A DNA stretch of 59,101 bases from a bacterium. GTDB taxonomy: Bacteria; Patescibacteriota; Doudnabacteria; UBA920; VMFF01. A model generated the notes under the pieces. The model had not been told where the DNA came from and ran no database searches. It was given only the letters and a program-made list of their open reading frames with translations. Shown here piece by piece: positions 16,769-26,203 of this stretch (position 1 is the first letter of the stretch; every line of letters begins with the position of its first letter). The stretch covers positions 1 through 59,101 of the forward strand of contig JAKCAE010000027.1 in the NCBI GenBank assembly GCA_021842385.1, written 5' to 3'. The translations under genes and the position numbers were made by a program.

Positions 16769-16791
16769 ATAGGAAGAAAACAAGCCAGGGT

Positions 16792-17349
16792 TTAATCCGT
16801 GGCTTGTGTTTCAGTGTCTGTTTGGTGAATTTCCGGTAAAGATATTTTTTTAACCAGCTCTTCAAAGTCCGGTAATTCCCGGTTATTCTTTAAGCCCATG
16901 TGTTCTAAAAATTCGAGAGTTGTTTCATAAAGTATTTGCCTGGAATCTTTTGGGTTCGGGGTTTTTTGAACCAAACCTCGAATTGAAAGGGCTCTTAAGC
17001 TGTACTGGCAATTAACACCACGTATGGCTTCAATTTCCGCCCTGGATATTGGCTGTCTGTAAGCTATGATGGCCAGAGTTTCAATGGTTGCATCAGAGAG
17101 TTTTTCCCTTAAGTCAGCATTTAAGAAGTTCTTAACGACTGTGCTGTTTTTTGCGTTAGTTGCAAACTGCCAAGTGTTGTTTGATTCAAGTAAAACTATA
17201 CCCGAGTTTTCATGGATCTTGGATAGTTCATGCAGTGCTTTCTCAACCTCTTCTTTTTCCAATTCCAAAATCTTTGCGATATATTGTGCGCTTAAGGGTT
17301 TAGAAGCTACAAAAAGAATGCTTTCAATTGTGCTTTGGAGTTGATCCAT
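16792..17349 (-). CDS. scpB: Segregation and condensation protein B
   Basis: IESILFVASKPLS, LAIIAYRQPISRAEIEAIRG. Confidence 0.85.
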   Translation of the reverse strand: MDQLQSTIESILFVASKPLSAQYIAKILELEKEEVEKALHELSKIHENSGIVLLESNNTWQFATNAKNSTVVKNFLNADLREKLSDATIETLAIIAYRQPISRAEIEAIRGVNCQYSLRALSIRGLVQKTPNPKDSRQILYETTLEFLEHMGLKNNRELPDFEELVKKISLPEIHQTDTETQATD

Positions 17350-17353
17350 AATT

Positions 17354-18064
17354 TTAATCTTGGTTTTCCGTTTTTTTAATGATTATCTCAGAGAAAATTT
17401 GTTCTTGTTCTACTGTTAAAATGCGTTGTTTGATTAATTCTAGAAGAGCAAGAAAAGTCACAATCACTTCTGTTTTGTCCTTGGCTGTTGCAATTAGATC
17501 AGACATTTTGGTTTGGATCTTTTCCGTCAGAAGATTTTGCAGAGAATTAATTTTCTCCTGAATTGAGATCGCTTCTTTAACAGTTGCTTTAGGAAGATTG
17601 TTAATTTCTTCTAGAGATTTTAAGGTGTTGAGAATATAGTCTCTGAGAGTATTTGTGCTAACATCCGGATCAGGATAGAAGGAGATTTTTTCGTCAAAAG
17701 AAACTGCTCTTTCAAAGGATTGTTTTCTTTTGTTATCCAACCCTTTTAAGTATTTTGCAGCTTCTTTAAACTTTTTGTAGAGTAAAAGCTTTGCTTCCAA
17801 ATCAATGGCAATTTCTTCTTCCTCTTTTTCAAGCTCTAAGGTTGGCAGAATTGCCTTCGATTTAATAACTAAAAGCTTTGCGGCAACAGAAAGGTAATCC
17901 GCAAGTGAGGTTGGTTCAATGGTTTCAAGTTGCTTAATATGCTGTAAAAATTGTTCTGTAACAGCCGCCAACGCAATCTGCGTGATATCCATCTTCTGTT
18001 CTTCTATCAATTGCAGCAGCAAATCCAGCGGACCATCGAATTGTTGTACTTTTATTTTCATCAA
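17354..18064 (-). CDS. scpA: Segregation and condensation protein A
   Basis: FDGPLDLLLQLIEEQKMDITQI, VTFLALLELIK. Lies upstream of scpB. Confidence 0.85.
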   Translation of the reverse strand: MMKIKVQQFDGPLDLLLQLIEEQKMDITQIALAAVTEQFLQHIKQLETIEPTSLADYLSVAAKLLVIKSKAILPTLELEKEEEEIAIDLEAKLLLYKKFKEAAKYLKGLDNKRKQSFERAVSFDEKISFYPDPDVSTNTLRDYILNTLKSLEEINNLPKATVKEAISIQEKINSLQNLLTEKIQTKMSDLIATAKDKTEVIVTFLALLELIKQRILTVEQEQIFSEIIIKKTENQD

Positions 18065-18072
18065 AAAACCAG

Positions 18073-19848
18073 CTATTTTTTCTTTAAGACATCAAGCTTA
18101 ATATGTACATCTTTTAATTGCTGTTCAGTAACTTCTGAAGGGGCTCCAAGCATTGGATCTTCAGCTCTGCCATTTTTAGGAAAAGCAATGACTTCACGGA
18201 TATTTGGTTCATCCCACAAAACCATGAGGATACGATCAATTCCCGGGGCATTGCCAGCATGCGGAGGCGCACCATATGAAAAAGCCTCAATCATATGCCC
18301 GAATTTTGCATCTACCTCAGCCTTTGTGTATCCGGCTATTTCAAAAGCTTTGTACATTGTTTCTGGTTGGTGGTTTCTGACAGCACCTGAGGAAAGCTCC
18401 AGACCATTACCAACTAAGTCATATTGTTGGGCAATGATTTCGTAAGGGTCTTTAGTTTCCAGTGTTTTTAAACCGCCGTATGGCATAGAAAAAGGGTTGT
18501 GTTCAAAATCCAGCTTATCAAGCCATTTATTCCAGGAATACATTGGGAAATCATAGATCCAGCACCAGGCCATGATGTTCGGGTCTTTTAGGTTTAAGAT
18601 TGAACCAAGCTCGTTTCTTACTTTACCCAAAACTTTGTTGGCAGTTTCAGCTTTGTCTGCTGCAAAGAAAATAATGTCACCGGTTTGTGCTCCCACTTCT
18701 TTAATTATCTTCTTAGTCAACTCATCTCCAAGAAACTTTGTGATCGGAGATTTAATTTCATTGGTTTCCAAAACAATATATGCCAAACCTTTTGCACCTT
18801 CTTCTTTGGCAATTTCTGTAAGTTGGTCAATTTGCGATCTGCTGAAAGCAGAAGCATTAGGAGCGACAATTGCTTTAACAATGCCGCCGTCTGAAACAGC
18901 TTGGGAAAATACGGAAAATCCGCAATCACGAACAAGTTCAGTGACATTTTGTAGTTTCATCTCAAAACGCAGGTCTGGTTTGTCAGAACCATACATGTCC
19001 ATGGCATCAGCATACTTAATCTTTGGAAAAGGCAGCTGTTGGATTTTTTTCTTTGAAAACTTTTCAGTGACCTCTTTAAAAAGATCTTCCATTTCCTGCC
19101 AAACTTCTTCTTGAGTGGCAAAAGACATTTCCATGTCTAATTGATAGAACTCACCTGGAGAACGATCTGCTCGGGCGTCTTCATCTCGGAAACAAGGAGC
19201 AATTTGATAGTATTTAGGAATCCCACCAACCATTAAAAGTTGTTTAAATTGTTGGGGTGCTTGAGGCAGGGCGTAAAACTTTCCGGGATGAAGCCTTGAA
19301 GGCACCAAAAAATCACGAGCTCCTTCAGGAGAGGAGTTTGCTAATATTGGTGTGGTTATTTCCCAGAAACCCCTTTTATCCATGAAGTCTCTGATGTATT
19401 TGATGACCTGGGCCCTGTCTTTTAGATACTTTTGAATTTTAGGACGTCTTAAATCAATGAAGCGATATTTTAAACGTATGTCTTCGTTTGCTAAATCTTC
19501 GTCTCTGGCAACAGGGAAAGGGGGTGTTTTAGCCTGTGTTAAAACCTCAATACTTTTTGCTTTAATTTCGATTTTGCCTGTTTCAAGGTTTGGATTAATT
19601 AATTCAGGAGCTCTGTTTTCTACAGAACCAGTTACTTCTAAAACCCATTCATCACGGATTTTTTCAGCAACAGACAAAACCTCAGGCCCTGAAAGATCCT
19701 TGTTTACTGTTACTTGAACCAGACCAGTGTGGTCTCTTAAGTCTATGAAAATGAGGTTGCCATGGTCTCTGCGGGAATGGACCCAGCCTTTTACCAAAAC
19801 CTCTTGTCCTTCCTGGGAAGCTGTTTCTGCCGCTAGTGTTCTCTGCAT
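18073..19848 (-). CDS. aspS: Aspartyl-tRNA synthetase (bacterial type with insertion domain)
   Basis: FIDLRDHTG, QLLMVGG...YYQIAPCFRDED, GGLELSSG, and PPHAG...GIDRILM class II motifs. Confidence 0.95.
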   Translation of the reverse strand: MQRTLAAETASQEGQEVLVKGWVHSRRDHGNLIFIDLRDHTGLVQVTVNKDLSGPEVLSVAEKIRDEWVLEVTGSVENRAPELINPNLETGKIEIKAKSIEVLTQAKTPPFPVARDEDLANEDIRLKYRFIDLRRPKIQKYLKDRAQVIKYIRDFMDKRGFWEITTPILANSSPEGARDFLVPSRLHPGKFYALPQAPQQFKQLLMVGGIPKYYQIAPCFRDEDARADRSPGEFYQLDMEMSFATQEEVWQEMEDLFKEVTEKFSKKKIQQLPFPKIKYADAMDMYGSDKPDLRFEMKLQNVTELVRDCGFSVFSQAVSDGGIVKAIVAPNASAFSRSQIDQLTEIAKEEGAKGLAYIVLETNEIKSPITKFLGDELTKKIIKEVGAQTGDIIFFAADKAETANKVLGKVRNELGSILNLKDPNIMAWCWIYDFPMYSWNKWLDKLDFEHNPFSMPYGGLKTLETKDPYEIIAQQYDLVGNGLELSSGAVRNHQPETMYKAFEIAGYTKAEVDAKFGHMIEAFSYGAPPHAGNAPGIDRILMVLWDEPNIREVIAFPKNGRAEDPMLGAPSEVTEQQLKDVHIKLDVLKKK

Positions 19849-19938
19849 AATATCTTCTTTCGTTTAAAGTAATTAGAATTTTACCAGAAAACCTTGAATT
19901 TTTCAAAGTTTGAAGTCTTAAGTGGTATAATTTAATAG

Positions 19939-20517
19939 ATGCAAAAAGTCATCTTAGCTTCAGCTTCAAAAGCACGAGAAAAACTTTTCTCAGCCTTAAA
20001 CATCCCTTTTGAAATATTTCCTGCAGAAATAGAGGAGAAAGCAATCAGGGACGCTGATTTAAAAGTGCGTGCAGCAAAGATTGCCCGAGCTAAAGCAGAG
20101 TCTGTCTTGGCAAAACACCCCGGCATTATCATTGCTGCTGACAGTTTTGTTGTTTGTCAGGGAAAAGCTTTAGAAAAACCTCTCGATTTAAAAGAAGCTT
20201 TTGAAATGCTAAAGCTGGAACAAGGCCAAGATGTTTTGTTCTACACCGCCCTCTGTTATATAGATCGGGAAAAGGATATTGATTTTTCGGAAGTCTCTAT
20301 TACAAAATTTAGAATTCGCCAGCTTGAAGATTATGAAATACAGGCATACGTTAAAAACAATCCGGTAACGACCTGGGCCGGAGGTTTTTCAACGCTTTAC
20401 GGATATGGTACGAACTTGGTTGAGCATATTGATGGCTCATTAACCGGCTTACTTGGTTTACCTATGGAAATTTTAATCCCGCTTTTAAAACGCTCAGGAT
20501 TAAAACCTGGTGCATGA
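19939..20517 (+). CDS. maf: Maf-like nucleoside-triphosphate pyrophosphatase
   Basis: ILASASKAREKLF, IIAADSFVV, G.YGYG-type C-terminal motif. Ends with TGA. Confidence 0.8.
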   Translation: MQKVILASASKAREKLFSALNIPFEIFPAEIEEKAIRDADLKVRAAKIARAKAESVLAKHPGIIIAADSFVVCQGKALEKPLDLKEAFEMLKLEQGQDVLFYTALCYIDREKDIDFSEVSITKFRIRQLEDYEIQAYVKNNPVTTWAGGFSTLYGYGTNLVEHIDGSLTGLLGLPMEILIPLLKRSGLKPGA

Positions 20518-20541
20518 TATAATCAGAAGAGAAGAAACAAA

Positions 20542-21123
20542 ATGGCGCTTAAAAAGATTGTTCTTGATTTAGAAACACAAAAATTATTTGAAGAGGTGGG
20601 TGGTAGGGGCAAAAATCATTTGCTTAAAGTTTCTGTTTGCGGAATTTGGGAATCAGCAAATGACAAGTTTTCAATATTCACAGAGCAAGAATTACCCAAG
20701 CTTGCCGAGCTTTTGCAAAGTGCTGATGAGATAATTGGTTTTAATATCAAAGAGTTTGATTTTGAAGTTTTACAGCCATATTTAAATTTTGACGTGCATA
20801 CACTTCCTTTTTTAGACATAATTCAGGACGTTCAAAGGCATTTGGGTAGAAGAGTTAGCTTAAACTCGGTGGCCGAGGCAACATTAGGCAAAGGAAAAAG
20901 CGGTAATGGTAAAGAAGCAATTCTTTTTTGGAGAAACAAGCGTTTGGATCTTTTAAAGAAGTATTGTTTGGATGATGTTAAGATCACCAGAGATGTTTAC
21001 AATTATGGTCTTGCCAACGGCAAGATCCTGTACAAAGATTTTTTTGAAATTAAGGAGATACCTGTGAAATGGAAAGAACCAGAACCAAGAGTTGCCATGC
21101 AAAAACAAGTCGCTCTCTTTTAA
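20542..21123 (+). CDS. RNase H-fold, DEDD-like 3'-5' exonuclease-domain protein
   Basis: VLDLETQ (ExoI-like), IIGFNIKEFDFEVL and YCLDDVKITRDVY are consistent with a DnaQ-like fold. Subfamily not determined. Confidence 0.45.
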   Translation: MALKKIVLDLETQKLFEEVGGRGKNHLLKVSVCGIWESANDKFSIFTEQELPKLAELLQSADEIIGFNIKEFDFEVLQPYLNFDVHTLPFLDIIQDVQRHLGRRVSLNSVAEATLGKGKSGNGKEAILFWRNKRLDLLKKYCLDDVKITRDVYNYGLANGKILYKDFFEIKEIPVKWKEPEPRVAMQKQVALF

Positions 21124-21149
21124 GTTCAAAGATAGCTACTCTTCCTGTC

Positions 21150-21911
21150 TTGAGCCAATCTTTTGAGGTTGGTTTTTTAAAAGTAAGGTATTACAGTCTT
21201 TTTTTTGTTGTTGGAGTTGTTCTGGCATATTTCATTGCCAAAGCCAGAGCCATAAAAAGGGGAATTACTGAAATTGTTTTTGATGAGATAATTTTCTGGA
21301 CAATTCTTTTTGGCTTTATTTCCGCTCGTCTCTATTACGTTTTTTTCTACTTTGATCAGTACAAATCAAATCTTTTGGAAATATTTATGGTCTGGCACGG
21401 CGGTTTGGCGATTTACGGCGGGGTTATCGGAGGAATTGTTGCTTTGTATTTTCTTTCTAAGAAACATCATCTAAACTTTTTTACATTAAGTGATGCGATT
21501 GTTTTTGCCCTGCCTTTGGCTCAAAGCATCGGGCGTTTGGGAAACTTTTTCAATTATGAAGCTTTTGGTAAACCGACAAACCTGCCTTGGAAAATGTTTG
21601 TGCCAAAAGAATTTAGGCCCGAAGGCTTCGCATCTTTTAGTTATTTTCAGCCAACCTTTGCCTATGAGATATTGTTTAATCTTTTTGTTTTTTTCTTGCT
21701 TTGGAGGATAGAGCGGAAGGGCATCAAACCCGGTGTTTTAACAGGCACATATTTGGTGCTCTACAGTATTGGCCGTTTTTTCATTGAAGGCTTGCGTTTA
21801 GACAGCGCTTTCTTAGGCTCTTTCAGAGTTGATCAAATAGTTGCGCTATTACTAATTTTTGTTGGTTTGGGTATAATAATGAAAAGATATGTCGCACAAA
21901 GTAATCAGTAG
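21150..21911 (+). CDS. lgt: Prolipoprotein diacylglyceryl transferase
   Basis: VRYYSLFF, WHGGLAIYGG, GRLGNFFNYEAFG. The track start at 21069 overlaps the upstream gene. The TTG at 21150 gives a normal Lgt N-terminus, but the exact start is uncertain. Confidence 0.8.
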   Translation: MSQSFEVGFLKVRYYSLFFVVGVVLAYFIAKARAIKRGITEIVFDEIIFWTILFGFISARLYYVFFYFDQYKSNLLEIFMVWHGGLAIYGGVIGGIVALYFLSKKHHLNFFTLSDAIVFALPLAQSIGRLGNFFNYEAFGKPTNLPWKMFVPKEFRPEGFASFSYFQPTFAYEILFNLFVFFLLWRIERKGIKPGVLTGTYLVLYSIGRFFIEGLRLDSAFLGSFRVDQIVALLLIFVGLGIIMKRYVAQSNQ

Positions 21912-22611
21912 CATTATCGCATTACTTTTCCTCGTCTTGATTCAATCATTTGGCGGGGTTTTTAGGTTTTTGCTGCCTGTTATGGCTTTGTATACTTTAG
22001 GATTTCTTGCATACAATTATTGGTATTTAAAAAAGAATAACGTTTTAAACAACTGGTCTTTGATTCGTCCGGTGCTTTTCATCTTCTCAATGATCGGATT
22101 ATTTTTTGTTGTTCCTGATGGATTTTTGAAAGGCCTTTTTTTAATCTTTTCGGTTGTTGTCATATATTTCTTAGAAATCGGTTTGTTGGTTGTTTCTGAG
22201 CAGGTTGTTTTTTTAGAGACCTTAGTTTCATATTTCGCTTTAAGCTTGCTCATATTTGGTTGGAACTTTTATCTTCTTCCTAAAAGTACTTTTACACTGC
22301 TTTTTTTAGGAGCTATTACATTTTTGATTACCAGAGCTTCTTTTGATTATGTTCCTCAGAGTGATCAAAAAAAGATTTTTTGGGCAGCATTAATAACTTT
22401 CTGCATCTTGGAAGTAAGCTGGGCCTTGGTTTTCCTGCCTTTTCACTTTACGGCACTGGCTGCGATTCTTTTTAATGTCTTCTATGTCCTTTGGATTGTC
22501 GTCTATTACTACCTTTTTCATAATCTAAACAGGCAAAAGATCTCATTTCATTTGATTTTTTCTTCGATATTAATAATTTTGATAATATTAAGTACGCCTT
22601 GGAAAGCATAA
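21889..22611 (+). CDS. Hypothetical polytopic membrane protein
   Basis: About 7 hydrophobic segments; no recognisable motif. Confidence 0.5.
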   Translation: MSHKVISSIIALLFLVLIQSFGGVFRFLLPVMALYTLGFLAYNYWYLKKNNVLNNWSLIRPVLFIFSMIGLFFVVPDGFLKGLFLIFSVVVIYFLEIGLLVVSEQVVFLETLVSYFALSLLIFGWNFYLLPKSTFTLLFLGAITFLITRASFDYVPQSDQKKIFWAALITFCILEVSWALVFLPFHFTALAAILFNVFYVLWIVVYYYLFHNLNRQKISFHLIFSSILIILIILSTPWKA

Positions 22612-22615
22612 ATCC

Positions 22616-23737
22616 ATGAATGAAAAAATATCAGTTAAATTAATAGTTCTCATAATCTTAAGTTCCTTGGTGATTGGCAGCATTGGTAGCTGGCTCTTCA
22701 ACAGGTTTTTAATTCCCAAGATTAATACCATTCCTTTTTTGATGAAATACAATTTAAGTCCAGGGGGATCGCCTTTGGTAATTAACACTAAGCAGGAAAT
22801 TCGCGTTAACGAAGGTTCTGATACTGTGGCTGTTGTCAAAAAAGTAAGACCCTGGGTTGTTGGTTTAGCCTATGGCAATGATTTTAACAGCGCGGACTTC
22901 AGAGGTTCAGGAATAATTTTGACTTCAGACGGGTTGATTGCGGTTCCTGCCCAAAGTTTGTATTCCCAATCTAGCAAGCAACAATTAAAAATTGTTTTTG
23001 ATGATGGCAAGGTTTTGCCGGCAACGCTCAAAGCTATGGATACTGATTCAAATCTTGCTTTGGTGAAGGTTGATGCAAACAACCTGCCCACAGCTTCAGT
23101 TGGTCTGGCCTCTGATTTAGAACTTGGACAGAGAATTATTGTTGTCTCAAAAACTTTAAATGAGTTTAATCCCAACATTTTTGTTTCTTTTGTTTCCTCG
23201 CAAGCACATAACCACCCTGCCCAAAGTTATTTTTCCGATGATTTTAACCAGGTATTTAAATATAGTCCTGATGAGGCGCCAAACAATTCCGTTATTTTTT
23301 CCTTGGAAGGAAACATTGTTGGTTTGAAAACTAGAACCGGCATTGTTACGGCAGAGACCTTAAAGAATGCCTTAAACTCATATTTCAAAAACGGCGCGAT
23401 AGTTAAAAATGTTTTTGGTTTTTTCTATCTCCCGATTTCTCTCTCAGATGCCACTGCTTTTAACGGTACAGAGGGTGCTTGGGTGCACAACACTGATTAC
23501 ACCAGAAACTTTTCGATCATTGAAGGAAGTCCTGCAGCCAAAGCAGGTTTGCAGGAGGGGGATATAATAACGGGAGTTAATGATGAAAAGGTTACTTTGC
23601 AAAACAGCTTTGAAGATATAAGTTTGAAGTACTCACCCGGAGATACCATTCGTTTGCAGATCAAAAGAGGTAAAACAGTTAAAACCTTAAACTTAACCAT
23701 TGGAGCAAAGAAATATGGTCCTGGTCCTGGGTTCTAA
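22616..23737 (+). CDS. HtrA/DegP-like PDZ protein with degenerate catalytic triad
   Basis: N-terminal TM anchor, a trypsin-fold-like region and a C-terminal PDZ (GSPAAKAGLQEGDIITGVNDEKV). The positions expected for His (LIAVPAQS), Asp (DSNLALVKV) and GNSGG (PNNSVIF) are not conserved. Confidence 0.55.
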   Translation: MNEKISVKLIVLIILSSLVIGSIGSWLFNRFLIPKINTIPFLMKYNLSPGGSPLVINTKQEIRVNEGSDTVAVVKKVRPWVVGLAYGNDFNSADFRGSGIILTSDGLIAVPAQSLYSQSSKQQLKIVFDDGKVLPATLKAMDTDSNLALVKVDANNLPTASVGLASDLELGQRIIVVSKTLNEFNPNIFVSFVSSQAHNHPAQSYFSDDFNQVFKYSPDEAPNNSVIFSLEGNIVGLKTRTGIVTAETLKNALNSYFKNGAIVKNVFGFFYLPISLSDATAFNGTEGAWVHNTDYTRNFSIIEGSPAAKAGLQEGDIITGVNDEKVTLQNSFEDISLKYSPGDTIRLQIKRGKTVKTLNLTIGAKKYGPGPGF

Positions 23738-24551
23738 AGGAACGCTTGGTAGCGAGTTAGTACGTCAGCTGAAAGCAAAGGGTACAGAGGTTGCTGCTTT
23801 TGACAGTGATTTAGATGTTCGAGATGCAGAGGTTTTGATTCAAAAGGTTTCAGAGTTAAAACCAGAGGTCATTTACAACTGCGTTGCTTACAATGCTGTG
23901 GATTTGGCGGAAAAAGAAACAGAGATAGCCCAAAGCCTGAATGTTTCAGCTGTGGCAAATATCAGAGAAGCTGCAAGAAAGGTTGATGCAGTCTTGGTTC
24001 ATTTCAGCACTGGTTTTGTTTTTGACGGGTCTAGTATCAAAAGTTATATAGAGTTAGATCAGCCTAATCCCCAAAGCGTTTATGCGAAAACGAAGTACGA
24101 GGGTGAGTTGGAAGCCTTGAAATACCCAAAAGCCTATGTCATCAGATTAAATCTTCTTTTTGGAAAATCAGCAGAAAGTGAAAATGCAAAAAAAAGTTTC
24201 CCAGAATTAATTTTGGGATTAGCAAAAAATCAGAAAGAATTCGCTTTTGTCACTGATGAGATTAGCACGCCGACCTATGCAGTTGATTTAGCCAAAGCAA
24301 CCTTAGATTTAGTAGGCGAAAAATATCCTTTTGGCATCTATCATCTGCCAAATGAAGGTCAGGCTTCATGGTTGGATTTTGCTGAAGAAGTGTTTAGAAT
24401 AAAGGGGGTGGAGGTTAAACTTAACCCTGTTTTAGGAGAAAGCTTTGAAAGGGCGGCTAAACGACCAAAAAACTCTGTGTTAGCAAACACTAAATTTCCC
24501 AAGTTACGCCCTTGGCAAGAAGCATTAAAAGAATTTTTAAACAGTAATTAA
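23715..24551 (+). CDS. rfbD: dTDP-4-dehydrorhamnose reductase
   Basis: LVLGSKGTLGSEL Rossmann motif and YAKTKYEGE (YxxxK). The ATG at 23715 is preferred over the TTG at 23700. Confidence 0.75.
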   Translation: MVLVLGSKGTLGSELVRQLKAKGTEVAAFDSDLDVRDAEVLIQKVSELKPEVIYNCVAYNAVDLAEKETEIAQSLNVSAVANIREAARKVDAVLVHFSTGFVFDGSSIKSYIELDQPNPQSVYAKTKYEGELEALKYPKAYVIRLNLLFGKSAESENAKKSFPELILGLAKNQKEFAFVTDEISTPTYAVDLAKATLDLVGEKYPFGIYHLPNEGQASWLDFAEEVFRIKGVEVKLNPVLGESFERAAKRPKNSVLANTKFPKLRPWQEALKEFLNSN

Positions 24552-24560
24552 AGAAAAACA

Positions 24561-25277
24561 ATGAAAGGTATTATTCTCTCAGGAGGCAGCGGTACAAGAC
24601 TGTACCCATTAACAAAAGTTACTTCCAAGCAACTCTTGCCGGTTTATGACAAACCAATGATTAACTATCCTTTGCAAACTTTGCTTTCCGGAGGCATTAC
24701 TGACATTTTGATCATTGTGGCTCCTGACCATGCTGGTGACTATTTGAAATATCTTGGTTCAGGAAAAGACTTTGGCGCAAAATTTACCTATGAAATACAA
24801 GACAAGCCCGAAGGACTTGCTCAAGCATTTTTAATTGCTGAAAGCTTCATGGATAAAGAACCTGTTGCTTTGATTTTGGGAGACAACATTTATGAAGATG
24901 ATTTTTCCGAGATTATAAAGAACTTTAAAAGCGGAGCACAGATTTTTGTTAAAGAAGTTCCTGACCCAGAAAGATTCGGGGTGGTGCGTTTTGATGAACA
25001 AATGAAGGCTTTGGAGATTGTGGAAAAGCCCCAGGAGTTTGTTTCCAAGTATGCCCAAACAGGTCTGTATTTGTATGACCACACTGTTTTAGACAAAGCA
25101 AAAAGCTTAAAACCATCTTCTAGAGGAGAACTTGAAATTACTGACTTAAACAACCTTTACTTAAAAGAAGGAAACCTAAAAGTGGGTCTTGTTAAGGGGG
25201 AATGGGTTGATGCTGGAACTATTGATGCTTTGTACAAGGCCAATGAAATGATTTACAAGAAGAAACAAAAGAAATGA
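24561..25277 (+). CDS. rfbA: Glucose-1-phosphate thymidylyl/nucleotidyl-transferase (short form)
   Basis: MKGIILSGGSGTRLYPLT, GLAQAF, LGDNIY, RFGVV. Sugar specificity not proven. Confidence 0.75.
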   Translation: MKGIILSGGSGTRLYPLTKVTSKQLLPVYDKPMINYPLQTLLSGGITDILIIVAPDHAGDYLKYLGSGKDFGAKFTYEIQDKPEGLAQAFLIAESFMDKEPVALILGDNIYEDDFSEIIKNFKSGAQIFVKEVPDPERFGVVRFDEQMKALEIVEKPQEFVSKYAQTGLYLYDHTVLDKAKSLKPSSRGELEITDLNNLYLKEGNLKVGLVKGEWVDAGTIDALYKANEMIYKKKQKK

Positions 25278-26173
25278 ACGAAGAAAGAAGTTTTTCCAAC
25301 ACCCATAAGGGCATTGCTATCGGAGTAATATCTCTGATTGCTTTCTTGGGTTTGGAATCCTTGGCCTATATTAATAACCTTTATCAAGTTCAACTGTATT
25401 TGCAGGTTAGCGCTTTTATATATCTTTTCATGCTCATTTGGCTTCATTTTCTTTTTGATCTGCACTTTAAACAAAAGACAGTGAGTGCAAAAAGTTTAAG
25501 GCATGCAATAGCTTTGCGTTTAAAACATTTCGCGAAATGGTCTGATTTTAGATATTTTCAAAACTACTTGATTCTCCCAGGCATTCTTTACTGGGGCGCT
25601 GTAATTTTGATCGCAATTAATTTTCAGCACTACAAGCTCCAACAGTTCATTATCATAGCAACCTCAATTTCCTTAATCATCTGTTACACTTTTTTCAAAG
25701 AAATTTTTCATAAACGGGAAGTAAAGAGCAACCATTTCATAATTCTAACCTATGTTAAGCTTTACGCCTCCTGGTTAATTTACGCGGCAAGCTTGGGAAT
25801 CATTTGGTACTATTGTTTTAGTCCGATAATTTTCTACACCGTTATTTTTCTTGTAACCTTCATGCTTTTGTATCAGGCTTTATTTCAATTTGCCGAGCTT
25901 TCTTTAAAGCATGTCTTACAAATTTTAATCATTTCAATCTTACTTGCAGCTTCTTCTTACTTTGTTTACAAGCTTTGGAATGTAAATTATTTTTCCGCAG
26001 GGCTTTTCATGACCGCAATATATAATTTTTTGTGGAATATTTTGTATAACAAAATGAATAAAACCCTGACTTTGAGGGTTTTTGCAGAACAACTAACAAT
26101 ATTCATGTTGATTGTTGTGATGGTTTTGGGGGTAACAAACTTTAGAGCAAGAATAGATCGTTGTCAGTTTTAA
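25274..26173 (+). CDS. Hypothetical polytopic membrane protein
   Basis: ATGA overlap with the upstream stop codon. Multiple hydrophobic segments; no recognisable motif. Confidence 0.5.
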   Translation: MNEERSFSNTHKGIAIGVISLIAFLGLESLAYINNLYQVQLYLQVSAFIYLFMLIWLHFLFDLHFKQKTVSAKSLRHAIALRLKHFAKWSDFRYFQNYLILPGILYWGAVILIAINFQHYKLQQFIIIATSISLIICYTFFKEIFHKREVKSNHFIILTYVKLYASWLIYAASLGIIWYYCFSPIIFYTVIFLVTFMLLYQALFQFAELSLKHVLQILIISILLAASSYFVYKLWNVNYFSAGLFMTAIYNFLWNILYNKMNKTLTLRVFAEQLTIFMLIVVMVLGVTNFRARIDRCQF

Positions 26174-26174
26174 A

Positions 26175-26203
26175 GAAAAACACCTCGTAAGGAGGTGTTT
26201 TTT
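26175..26203. terminator. Bidirectional intrinsic terminator
   Basis: AAAAACACCTC-gtaag-GAGGTGTTTTT lies between convergent genes, with an A-run and a T-run flanking a GC stem. Confidence 0.7.

Noticed and set aside
21069-21149. Long N-terminal extensions implied by several ORF-track starts (lgt 21069, infA 49488, dinB 7357, rsmH 10425, rplM 52830, lipoprotein 28716)
   Set aside because: These extensions overlap upstream genes or promoters and add non-conserved residues ahead of well-defined family N-termini. Downstream starts were chosen.
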